Assembly (NCBI GenBank): GCA_951406725.2 | Contig: OX597837.1 | Coordinates: 9,176,001-9,240,000 of the forward strand | DNA length: 64,000 nucleotides | Direction: 5' to 3' | DNA from: Octopus vulgaris | Lineage: Eukaryota | In this document: piece after piece, positions 13,989 through 26,001 of the stretch | How the letters are laid out: every line of letters starts with the position of its first letter | Numbering within the stretch: the stretch's first letter is position 1 | The notes under the pieces: model-generated | Databases searched by the model: none | The model's input: only the letters and a program-made list of their open reading frames with translations | What the model was told of the DNA's origin: nothing | Program-made: the position numbers and the translations under genes

Positions 13989-14759
13989 GTGTGCGTGTAT
14001 GTATATATAAAAATATATACACCACCGTACGCGCGCCCACACACACACGCATATATATATATATATATATATATTTATACATATATATACATATGTGTGT
14101 GTGTATATATGTATATGTGCATATATATATATATATATATATATACATATTATATATTTATATTCGTACACAAATATATATATACACATTTATGCACAAA
14201 TGTATGGACATATATACGCAGTGGTGTCAGAGTTAGGTCTGTTTATGCTGATGTATATACAAATATGTCGACTTGAAAATATTAAACGAACCACTTTTCC
14301 AATTTAGAACTAATAATTCAAAAATCTAATAAAACAACCAGAATTGACGTAGTCACCACAAACACACACACACACACACACACACTCACACACACGTATA
14401 CACACACACAAACACACACGTGCATTCACGTCCATGCTGATATACAAACTTACACAGCTTTGTAGACACACACACGTGTGCATATGTATTCGTATTTATA
14501 CATATATTAATCATATAGACGGTTACATATATTTACGGTTACATAAAGTTTTGGTTACATACAACTTCAGTGCATAAACTCATGGAGTCACATTAACACA
14601 TACACACATTCATGCGTATACACAGACATTATTACAGATATATACACATCCATACACTTATATAGCTATAGACACACACAATTATACAAACGTATTCAAG
14701 ACGTATACAAGACACAGACTGAGACGTGACCCACACACATTTTTGTCTTTGGAGTTATA

Positions 14760-14919
14760 CGCAGGAGTGGCTGTGTGGTAAGTAGCTTGCTTACCAACCA
14801 CATGGGTCCGGGTTCAGTCCCACTGCGTGACATCTTGGGCAAGTGTCTTCTGCTATAACCCCGTCCGACCAATGCCTTGTGAGTGGATTTGGTAGACGGA
14901 AACTGAAAGAAGCCTGTCG

Positions 14920-14989
<70 letters not shown>

Positions 14990-15198
14990 TGTGACTGTGT
15001 TTGTCCCCCTAGCATTGTTTGACAACCGATGCTGGTGTGTTTACGCCCCCGTCAATTAGCGGTTCGGCAAAAGAGACCGATAGAATAAGTACTGGGCTTA
15101 CAAAAAGAATAAGTCCCGGGGTCGAGTTGCTCGAATAAAGGCGGTGCTCCAGCATGGCCGCAGTCAAATGACTGTAACAAGTAAAAGAGTAAAGAGTA
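14760..15198 (+). mobile_element. SINE family S1 (tRNA head, CORE-like domain, internal TA/TG microsatellite, CR1-like tail), full length
   Basis: A box TGGCTGTGTGG, B box GGTTCAGTCCC, CORE-like CTTGGGCAAGTGTCT, tail GGCGGTGCTCCAGCATGGCCGCAG ending in AAGAGT repeats. Confidence 0.9.
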
Positions 15199-15776
15199 TT
15201 ATTAGACTTGTGTACACATCCAACACTTAAATAGCAATAGACACACACAATTATACAAACGTATTCAAGTCATATACAAGACAGACTAAGACATGACCCG
15301 CACACATATTTGTCTCTGGAATTATACGTTTGTTCTTCTTATCGTCAGTCTAGTCTAGTTCAATCTATTGTATATATATGCTTTACCATATTAAATGGGA
15401 TATTTCTTTTAGTATGGGTGGTTGGCAAGATCTAAAGTCTGTCTAAGTGCTGCTGTATATCCGTCTTTTTAAATTAGAAATTAGTTGAAATTCTTTCATT
15501 TTCCTTTCAAAAATCTCAAAAAGTGGAAGTTCCGTTTCATTCACTTCCATTGTAAGTCCGTTTGATTGATGAATGTTATTGATTAATTCTTGAAATTTTT
15601 TTTGTGATTTCTTTCTTATTTGTGTTTCGCAATCTGAAGCGTTCTTACGAGGAAGAAATATTTTTCAATTTCTTTTTGAATTCGATTTTGTAACGTTAAT
15701 CAAAAAATTAAATGACTAAATAAATAAATAAAATAAAATAAAAGGAAAAGACAGGAAGAGAAAGAAAATAACTACA

Positions 15777-15922
15777 AGCGCAGGCATGGTTTTGTGGTTA
15801 AGAACCTCGCTTTGGAGCCACGTGTATCTGAGAACAGTTCTACTGATGGGCATCTCGAGCAACAGGCGAATCGAATATCTGCGAGTGAATTTGGGGGATG
15901 GAAACTCTGTGGAAACCCTCAT
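15777..15922 (+). mobile_element. Old S1 SINE 5' half
   Basis: GCGCAGGCATGGTTTTGTGGTTAAG...GAGTGAATTTGGGGGATGGAAACT aligns with the S1 head. Confidence 0.6.
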
Positions 15923-16190
15923 GTATACACACACATACACACGCGCACACACAATCACTCACTCGCAGGTATATACATACATCCACACCGAACATTTATT
16001 CGTTCATAAAATGAGAATATCTATGGACAACTGCTTCGAAAGCTGCAGCTTCTATATCCATATATACATAGCCTGCTGATATATAAACACGTACGTGATA
16101 CCATAGAAAGGGTCTATGAATCACAAATACAAACATATATATATATATATATATATATATACAAGATAAGAAAATGGAGAAATACATCTC

Positions 16191-16273
<83 letters not shown>

Positions 16274-16331
16274 AGATAAGAAAATGGAGAAATACATCTC
16301 AATTTGTATATATATATATATATATATGTAT

Positions 16332-16369
<38 letters not shown>

Positions 16370-16648
16370 GTATGTATATATATATATGTATGTATATATA
16401 TATATATATGTATATATATGTATATATATATATATATATGGATGTATGTATACGTATGTATATATATATATATGTATGTGTATATATGTATATACATATA
16501 TGTGTATATGTATATATATATATGTATGTTATATATATATATATATATATGTATATACACACACACATATATATATATACACATATATATGTGTATATAC
16601 ATAAATATATATATACATGTACATACATATATATGTATATATATATAT

Positions 16649-16716
<68 letters not shown>

Positions 16717-17004
16717 GTATACTTACACACGTAGATATGAATATGTGCATAGTTTCTTATTAACAGTAAGACAGGCCCACGAGGATAAAGCGCTGTGGCT
16801 TCGGGTACTTTCAGAGAAGAACAAAAATCCAATTTTTGTTGTCGCCTCCAGCGAGAAAATTTTAATAACATTACCGTAAATCAGTCGCTTTGTATTAATA
16901 AATATATTCGACAATAAGTTTCGGCACACTCGTAAAGAATGTTATGCTCAAAAACAGAAATACATAATTATACAGAGACATAGTCATCTATAGACGTATA
17001 TATA

Positions 17005-17035
<31 letters not shown>

Positions 17036-17081
17036 TTGTGCATGTATTTGCATACTTACACACACACACGTATACATACAC

Positions 17082-17119
<38 letters not shown>

Positions 17120-17168
17120 TTATGTTTGTATATATATATATATATATATATACATATCCGATAGTATT

Positions 17169-17207
<39 letters not shown>

Positions 17208-17213
17208 GATAGT

Positions 17214-17255
<42 letters not shown>

Positions 17256-17329
17256 GTATATATTCACATTTATATATATATGTATAGATATATATATGCG
17301 TATTTATATGTACATATATATATATATAT

Positions 17330-17372
<43 letters not shown>

Positions 17373-17460
17373 CAAATATGTATATATATATAATTATGTA
17401 TAAAGCTATCTATCTCTCCATCCCTCTCTCTCTCTGTATGTCTCTCTCTCTCACTTTCTC

Positions 17461-17500
<40 letters not shown>

Positions 17501-17727
17501 AGTGTATGTGTGTCTGTAGGTGCATGCAGGGACAGGAGGAGTAGTGGTCGAATAAAATCGAGAACCCCCCTCTGCCAATAGAAAAGAAGCCAAAAAAAAA
17601 AGAAGTAAAGAAAAATAGAACAAAAATGCTATTGACTTTCGTGTAACATAAATTGCTGTAGAATTGATATAATTGCCAGGCTGTCGTTGCCACAGATTGA
17701 GACGCAACAGTCGTCTCTTTAACCCCC

Positions 17728-17728
<1 letters not shown>

Positions 17729-17817
<89 letters not shown>

Positions 17818-17822
17818 TAATA

Positions 17823-17888
<66 letters not shown>

Positions 17889-18012
17889 GTAATAATAATA
17901 ATAATAATAACAACAACATAACAACAACAACAACAATAATAATAATAATAATAATAATTATAATAACGATAATAATAATAATAATAATAATAACAATAAT
18001 AATAATAATAGC

Positions 18013-18047
<35 letters not shown>

Positions 18048-18084
18048 TAATAATAATAACAACAACAACAACAATAACAACAAC

Positions 18085-18119
<35 letters not shown>

Positions 18120-18144
18120 CAACAACAACAATAACAACAACAAC

Positions 18145-18176
<32 letters not shown>

Positions 18177-18200
18177 TAATAATAATAATAACAATAATAA
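17729..18200. repeat. ~470-bp (AAT)n/(AAC)n trinucleotide array
   Basis: Direct tandem repeat that produces the poly-I/Y/L pseudo-ORFs. Confidence 0.97.
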
Positions 18201-19243
18201 ATGGCACGCACAGAAACTAATCTGTGGAACTACAGAAGGGAATTGTTTTATAAACTAATTTGGTGACTCGATTGGTTAATTAGTTACAAAATTGCACGCA
18301 ACCTCGTCCTTCCATGCGATTGTCACGACTTTTTTCCTCTGTCTCTTTCTCCCAGCATTTGGCTTCCGATAATGGATTGAGTCTTTGCTGCTGTTTTGTT
18401 TTGGTTTTGTTTTTATATAGTCATTGTTGATGTTTTTGCTGTTATTTAGCCCCAGTTGTGATCTGATTGGGTAGATATAATATTATCCGTGTTCTGATTG
18501 CTTTGAACAAATGCATTCTATTAGTGATTGTTTTGTTCTTTTTTGGTTTTAAGGTCTCTAAGATCATATTATGTAACGATATTTCAATAAGCGAGGGATC
18601 TGAGCGTTACATATCTTCTATGTCTGTAGTTTGATCTACAGCCTAAAGGCTTTTTTGTAGACTCGTTGCTGGCGTTGTACTGGCAGAAATCTTAAAACCT
18701 TGAAAAAAAAAGATCTAGTGATATATCTTCCGGTGCATTACCTTCTGATTAAAAGTAATTGATACTATTTTTCTCCACGGAAGCATATCTTAAAAAAGAT
18801 TTCTTAATCCAGATGCTAAACATTCAAATGATTAACTGCAACGTTCTTATGAAATTATTTTTGTGATGTCTCATATATTCTCTTGTTCGTATTTCGATTT
18901 TCGATTTTGCTTTTGGGAAAACATACTTCAATACATAGATTTTATCTTATCAAAACGCAGAGTCATTAGGATACCTTACAAAATGCTCAGTGGCATTTTC
19001 TTTTTGGCTCTTCGTGTTCTCGGTTCAAATTCCGCTAGGGTCAAATTTGTCTTTCATCCTTCGGGAGTGGATACAATCGCTATCAGATCTCACCTTGAAT
19101 TTCTGGCAATTTCTCTATTGTAGGAAGGATTATTTGTCTTACTCAAATTCAGAACCATATATATACATACACATACATATATATGCATATACATACATAC
19201 ATATATATTATAAATATATCATATATATAGACTCACATAAATA

Positions 19244-19341
<98 letters not shown>

Positions 19342-19460
19342 TAATTAAATTTTTTTATTTATTTTATTTCTATGTTTTGGTTTATGTTTTTCACTGTTTG
19401 ATTTCCCTAATAGAGGTTTTATCCCTAATTTAATATATATATATATATACATACACACTA

Positions 19461-19607
19461 GGCTTCAATATGGCTTCTCTCTACCAAATTCAATCAAAAA
19501 GTATTTGTCACCCCGTGGCTTGAGTCGAAAACTCCTGCTTACAATGACACGCATTGAAACTGAATCCGAAACCACGACCTTCCCAAGCGAACATCTTACC
19601 ATGCCTG
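19461..19607 (-). mobile_element. Old S1 SINE 5' half
   Basis: CTACCAAATTCAATCAAAA...ACTGAATCCGAAACCAC is a diverged reverse complement of the S1 head. Confidence 0.55.
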
Positions 19608-20307
19608 ACCTTATAACGCTTTGGCTTCAGGTTTAACTGTTTTGTGAAATAAAATGCTAGAAAGAACGCTATAACCTCATCACCATTTACATAAGGAAAT
19701 TTTATTTGAGCTTTAAAAGTTTCACGTACAAAATGGCTGACATTTTCATTGGTGAAGAGAAGAAAATATTTAGATTAAAATCTTCCTTTTACGTAAGAAT
19801 CGCATATGACAATTATAGCTATACACATCGGCCATTAAGATTTCGGGCTTTTTTACGATTTCAAGAATTGTGGAAGACATCAGTTATACATTTATGTGCA
19901 GATGTACACACGCTCATGCGCCTATGATATATATATATATATGTGTGTGTGTGTCTATGGGTGTATTCTTGTGTGATAAATATATTTATATGTGTGTGTA
20001 GTCATGCGTTTTTGTATTTTGTATGTAACTACTGATTTGCATACGAACAGAGAGAAACATATGAACAGAGAGACAGTGAAGGGGAGAGAGCGAGAGAGGG
20101 GAGAGATAGATAGATATAGATATTCACACACACACAGGTATATATATCTGGAGAGAGAGAGATGATAAGAGACGCTAAGAGAGAGGGGAAAATAACCACA
20201 GATAGAGACAATCTAAGGCTAGATTGAAAAATTGAGGAGATGGAGTAAATGGAAATAAATTTGTATGTATATATATATATATACTTATATATATATGTGT
20301 ATGTATA

Positions 20308-20354
<47 letters not shown>

Positions 20355-20440
20355 GTATGTATGTGTGTGTGTATGTATATAAATATATAAGTATATATAT
20401 GTATGTATATATATTTATATGTATGTATGTCTGTATATAT

Positions 20441-20603
20441 AGGCGCAGGGGTCGCTGTGAGGTAAGTAGTTTGCTTACCAACCACACGGTTCCGGGTTCA
20501 ATCTCACTCCGTGGCACCTTGGGTAAGTGTCTTCCGCAATACCCTCGGGCCGACCAAAGCCTCGTGAGTGGATGTGGCAGACGAAAGCTAAAAGAATCAT
20601 GTC
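20441..20603 (+). mobile_element. S1 SINE 5' half ending at its internal (TA)n
   Basis: AGGCGCAGG...GGTTCAATCTC...CCTTGGGTAAGTGTCTT... Confidence 0.85.
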
Positions 20604-20689
<86 letters not shown>

Positions 20690-21401
20690 TTATATACAAA
20701 CATACGTATATATACGTACATACACACACACTCACACATACACAAGTAGAAGTATGGGTACAGGTTATTTGTGTTCTACATTCTCTTGTTTTTTGTTTTT
20801 ACTTTTAATCGATGTTCTGCAGTACTCAAACTCAGCGAAAAAAAATCTGCTTATCTAGAACTTTCCATGTGACAACAACCTCATAATTCTCAACATGAAA
20901 GTACAGCATTTATGGTCAAAAGTTTCTATTCTCTATGAACTTTGACAATAAATAGATTGTAGCCAACGAAAAACTTCTAGGAAGCTGGCTCAGATAATCC
21001 TTAAAATAATATTGATTTTGCAGTGAAAATAATATATAGCATCAGAGATTGAAAGAAAGGCTAAAAGAGAGGGAGAAACAATGAGAGAGAGAGAGAAAGA
21101 GAGAGAGAGAGATTCAGGTAGAGTTATGTAGAAATATGTCATATAATTAAATTTTGATTGTTCTTTAAGAATTAATTGTTGGATCCAGATATTGGGAATA
21201 TACAGAGTTAAGGGCCCTCTGCTTAGAGTAGAAATAAAGATACGCAGTAAAAGTTCTCACTTTTTAACTATGGCAAAATGCTATGAAGATAATAAAATAA
21301 TGTTTCTCTTCTGCTGTCTTTTTGTAATTGCCTCTCTCTCATTATATTATCTCTCTCTTTCCCCTTCTCTCTCTCTCGTTTTGAAACGTGTATGTGTGTG
21401 A

Positions 21402-21459
<58 letters not shown>

Positions 21460-21467
21460 ATATATGT

Positions 21468-21508
<41 letters not shown>

Positions 21509-21510
<2 letters not shown>

Positions 21511-21743
21511 CCATGTTGATTCGCTAGCTTCTGCACGGATTTTTTTCTCTCCTTCTTTCTGTGTTTCTTCTCTGTGTATCTTTCTTTTGAAGAGCGTAGG
21601 CTCGAAACGTTAAAGACTTGTTTTATTTATATTCCTGAGCGCCATACTAATACAATTGTTTGTTTGTATTCCACCTGCCTTCGTCTTTTGTTTATTTCCG
21701 TAAACCTGCCTTCGTCTTTTGTCTATTTTCATAAAGCTTCCCG

Positions 21744-21779
<36 letters not shown>

Positions 21780-21942
21780 TCTCCTTTTTTTCTCTCCTTG
21801 CTTTTTTTTCTGTGTCCCTTTCTGTAGAAGAGCGTAGGCTCGAAACGTAAAAGATTTTTACAATTCCTGTGCGTTATACTAATATATCTGTTTGTTTTAT
21901 ACACCACCTGTCTTCGTCTTTTGTTTTTTTCCTGTGAACTCT

Positions 21943-21978
<36 letters not shown>

Positions 21979-22142
21979 TCTCCTATTTTCTCTCCTTGTT
22001 TTATTTTTTTGTGTCTCTTTCTGTAGAAGAACGTAGACTCGAAATGTAAAAGAGTTTTTCAATTCCTGAGCGTTATACTAACACATCTGGTTGTTTTATA
22101 CACCACCTGTCTTCGTCTTTTTTATTTTTCGTGAACTCTCCC
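21509..22142 (+). mobile_element. Three tandem H1 hammerhead elements separated by (TA)n
   Basis: Units 21509-21745, 21777-21944 and 21976-22142. Motifs at 21579-21616 (CTTTTGA, degenerate), 21818-21853 (CTGTAGA-A-GAGC-GTAG-GCTC-GAAACGTA) and 22015-22054 (degenerate). Confidence 0.8.
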
Positions 22143-22197
<55 letters not shown>

Positions 22198-23116
22198 GTC
22201 TCTCTATATTTCTATCTGTTTATATTCCTATCTTTCTGTCCTTTATTTCTTTCAAGCTAATTAACTAACAAACTGTTTGTTTATTATCTGTCTGTCACAC
22301 AACATCTATATTTAGATAATTCGTGTTCCCTGCTAGAAGTACATTAAGACCAACTTAACGATCGTATTTCTCCATCTCCTCTCCGTAACAGCGCAATATT
22401 TAAATTGCTAATGTTCCTTACATTAAATATATTAACACTAACTTAACTATTGTTTTAAATATTTAGGAAGACAATAGCGATGGCACAATTGTTGTTGCCC
22501 AGAGAGAATATGTTTCAACGCGTTTCTGTATCTATTTCTCCGTCCCATGTGTATCAATTCTAATTAAGCCAAGAATTTATCAATCAACCGTGATTGATTA
22601 AGCAATTCCCAGTAATGCAATAGCGCAGATTCAATTAACCATGTCTTTCCATCGAATTTATTGATTTATTTCGTCTAGACAAAAGAAAATGTTTTAATTG
22701 TTTCGTGTTTCTGTGGTTACCTGAGGGGGTGTGGGTGTAATTATCCGCTTTTTTTCTCTATTGCTTCTGTTAGTCTCTAGGCGGTGCGTTTTTGTATGAA
22801 TTAACGCTTGCTTAGTTTTATGTCGACGGTATTTAGATGTATATAAAGTGTTTCGAATTGGTCGTTCGACCTGCTGTAAATAGTAGCCAGTTATTTCAAA
22901 TTGTCCCTTATTGTATTAGAAAATATTAATTGGACACGGCTGGAAGGAAAGGTCAGGAAATTATTTAATAGTGTTGGAGCTACTGTACAGCTTCGAATCA
23001 CTCCAGAATTTAAGTTATCTCAGAATGAGAATTGCGAAGAAACTACACGCGTTTGAGCTGGCAACCGATATTTCCGAGAAATTCTCACCAAAGTTTTCAA
23101 TTTACAGTGATGGAAG

Positions 23117-23417
23117 TTTGTTCCTTCTCGAGCCATTCCTGGCTCATAAGGGCCGGTTTCCCGGATTCTTGGCGTATAGGTTCCCCACCTGGACGGGACG
23201 CCGGTCCGTTGCAGGTGAGCTTCAAGATGCAGGAGGAAAGAGTGAGAGAAAGTTGTGACGAAAGAGTCAGCAGAAGTTTCGCCATTACCTTCTGCCGGTA
23301 CCGCGTGGAGCTTAGGTGTTTCGCTCATAAACACACACACCACCCGGTCTGAGATTCGAACCTGCGATCCCTCGACCGCGAGTCTGCTGCTCTAACCACT
23401 AGGCCATGTGCCTCCAC
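23117..23417 (-). mobile_element. SINE family S5 (S4-type head and body with S3-type tail)
   Basis: Head GTGGAGGCACATGGCCTAGTGG...GGTTCGAATCTC. Second copy at 29914-30230. Confidence 0.88.
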
Positions 23418-24067
23418 TACGATGATAGAAGCCTCTGAATAACCCACAATACCAATTAGTCCTTAAATATCCATAAAACTTTTTTAAACGGAAGTAATCT
23501 TTCATTATTTTTGCCGGAATTGCGACTTATTACGACCTGAGTTCAAATTCCGCTCAGATCGGATTTGCCTTTCACCCTTCCAGGATCAATAAAATAAAGT
23601 AACAGTAAAGAATGGGTTCGATGGAAACGATCGATCACTCCCATTGAATTTGCTTGTAGCAACAGCAACGATAGTTCTGCGTGAATGCTGTTTCCTTCAA
23701 GATATTTTTCAGTGGTGTCAGAGTCTCCATCTTTATCGACGACGAGTATTCAGTTGCTCAGTCCAACTGAATACTTATTCTTTAAATTATTGTATAAGAG
23801 GCTGAGTATTTCGCAGACACTGCTACACTTAACGCAATTCTCGGAGTGATTCAACAAAAACAGGCATACAATTGAGGGACAAAAATTCCGAATAGGATTA
23901 AGAAAACAACAAAAGGAGCTTCGTATTGAACTCACAGATGGTGGATCGAACCCAATAAGATGTAAGGCAAAGTTTACCTCGGTAGGAGTTCACTGTGGAC
24001 AGTTACGAAAGTCTGGAACATCCAGAATGACAAGGACTATTTTAATGCGGTAATACAGCGCTCTTGT

Positions 24068-24631
24068 AAGGCGGTGAGCTGGCAGAAACGTTAGCACGCC
24101 GGGCGAAATGCTGAGCGGTATTTCGTCTGGCTTTACACTCTGAGTTCAAATTCCGCCGAGGTCGACTTTGCCTTTCATCCTTTCGGTGACGATTAAATAA
24201 GCACCAGTTACGCACTGGGGTCGATATAATCGACTTAATCACTTTCTCTGTCCTTGTTTGTCCTCTCTGTGTTTAGCCCCTTGTGGGTAGTAAAGAAATA
24301 GGTATTTCGTCTGGTTTTATTCTCTGAGTTCAAATTCCGCCGAGATCGACTTTGCCTTTCATCCTTTCGGGGTCGATAAATTAAGTACCAGTTACGCACT
24401 GGGTGCGAGATAATCGACTTAATCCGTTTGTCTGTCCTTGTTTGTCCCCTCTATATTTAGCCCCTTGTGGGTAGTAAAGAAATAGGTATTTCGCTTGTCT
24501 TTACTTTCTGAGTTCAAATTCCGCCGAGGTCGACTTTGCCTTTCATCCTTTCGGGGTCGATAAATTAAGTACCAGTTACGCACTGGGGCCGATATAATCG
24601 ACTTAATCCGTTTGTCTGTCCCTGTTTGTTC
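24068..24631 (+). mobile_element. SINE family S2 tandem array, one head plus three 184-bp units (last incomplete)
   Basis: GGTATTTC unit starts at 24117, 24301 and 24485. The central GCCTTTCATCCTTTCGGGGTCGATAAATTAAGTACCAG resembles the Meta/MESC SINE domain (from memory). Confidence 0.9.
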
Positions 24632-24867
24632 TTGTTTACCTGTTGTTACAATTAAAATGACAATTATAAAAGATAGAAGCAAAAGAAATAGGTAAACTGG
24701 TTTTATTAACAGAATTACTTTAAAAGACGGGATTTGTGTGCTCGTACTGCGGATGTATGTTCGCACTTCTTCAAGACAAAATTTCGCACGAACCTCGGCT
24801 CGTACAGCAAATTACTCGTATAGTGAAGCACTCGTTCTGCGAGGTTCTACTTTATTATTATTATCAT

Positions 24868-25067
24868 TTAACCTTTTAACATTCAGATAACTCTGTGGAA
24901 TATAATGGTATTTTATTCACATTGTTTTCAATTAATCATGCATAATCTGAGACCTTTGAGATTTCAATGATGTGGAGGCGTATGTTTACAAAGATGTGAA
25001 GTGTTTGAATATGACACAGGTGGAATATTTGGGCCAGATATGGCCGGCTTAAACAGGAAAGGACAAA
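24868..25067. mobile_element. Possible decayed TTAA-type (piggyBac-like) MITE
   Basis: Starts TTAA-CCTTTTAACATTCAGA and ends ...GGCCGGCTTAAACAGGAAAGGA, an imperfect terminal inverted repeat. Confidence 0.35.
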
Positions 25068-26001
25068 TCGTTGTTTGTACTGAAATTGTAGCTACTATTT
25101 TTAACAGATTAATATTCCAATAGTGTGAAATATTTTTTTTTATCTCTTTTCGTATTCAAAATACCATCTGCTATTCACAAATGGAAAATTTAAGAAACAT
25201 TTCCCTACTTACAAAACGTTGCAATTGTACCCAAATGACTCTTTGCTAGCTTCATATAAAATCGATATATTCCGTCTGTTTCTTACAATCGTTGCTTCTG
25301 TTTTTAGTCAAATTACACAGAAAAGATAGCTAACATTTAACCAATGTTGTCTGCTATACATTTATGATCTCAAAATGCGAGTGGGTGAAGAAATACGGTA
25401 TATTGAAGCTCGGTACGGGTGCGACATTTAAACGACACCCGGAAGAAAAAGAGAGGATGTTAAATGAAAATAAACAAAACTAAAAGAAAAGAGACGAACG
25501 GAAGGAATGCTGCACCCATCATACAACTGCATTTGCTTCGATGAAAAATCGATATATAATTTGTGTCTATGATAAACAACAATGGTTGGACTAGTTTACA
25601 TTTAAATTACAGTCCATACATACGTGTGTATTATGCAAATTTGTGTGCGTAAGTATGTGTGTATGTATATATATGTATGTACGTATGCATGTGTGTATAT
25701 ATCTATGTAGGTGTGTTGTACATATGTAAGGTAAATATGTAGATATGTAGGTAAGTGCTAAAGAAATATCTCGTATACATATGTATAAAATACATGCATA
25801 CTCCGACACCGTAAATTTATAATATGTGAGATTTAACTATAAAAATAAATGCCTACTATTTTGTCCATATCGACACACATTCATACGCATGCGCACGCAC
25901 ATCTATCAATTTGTGCACCTACCTACTCTACATACCTACCTCTCTATCTATCTATCTATCTATCTATATTTCTATCTTTCTATATATTTATCTATCTATC
26001 T

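Noticed and set aside
24720-24851. Tigger/pogo-like terminal sequence (minus strand AGTAGAACCTCG)
   Set aside because: Only one decayed end is visible, with no partner TIR or TA duplication.
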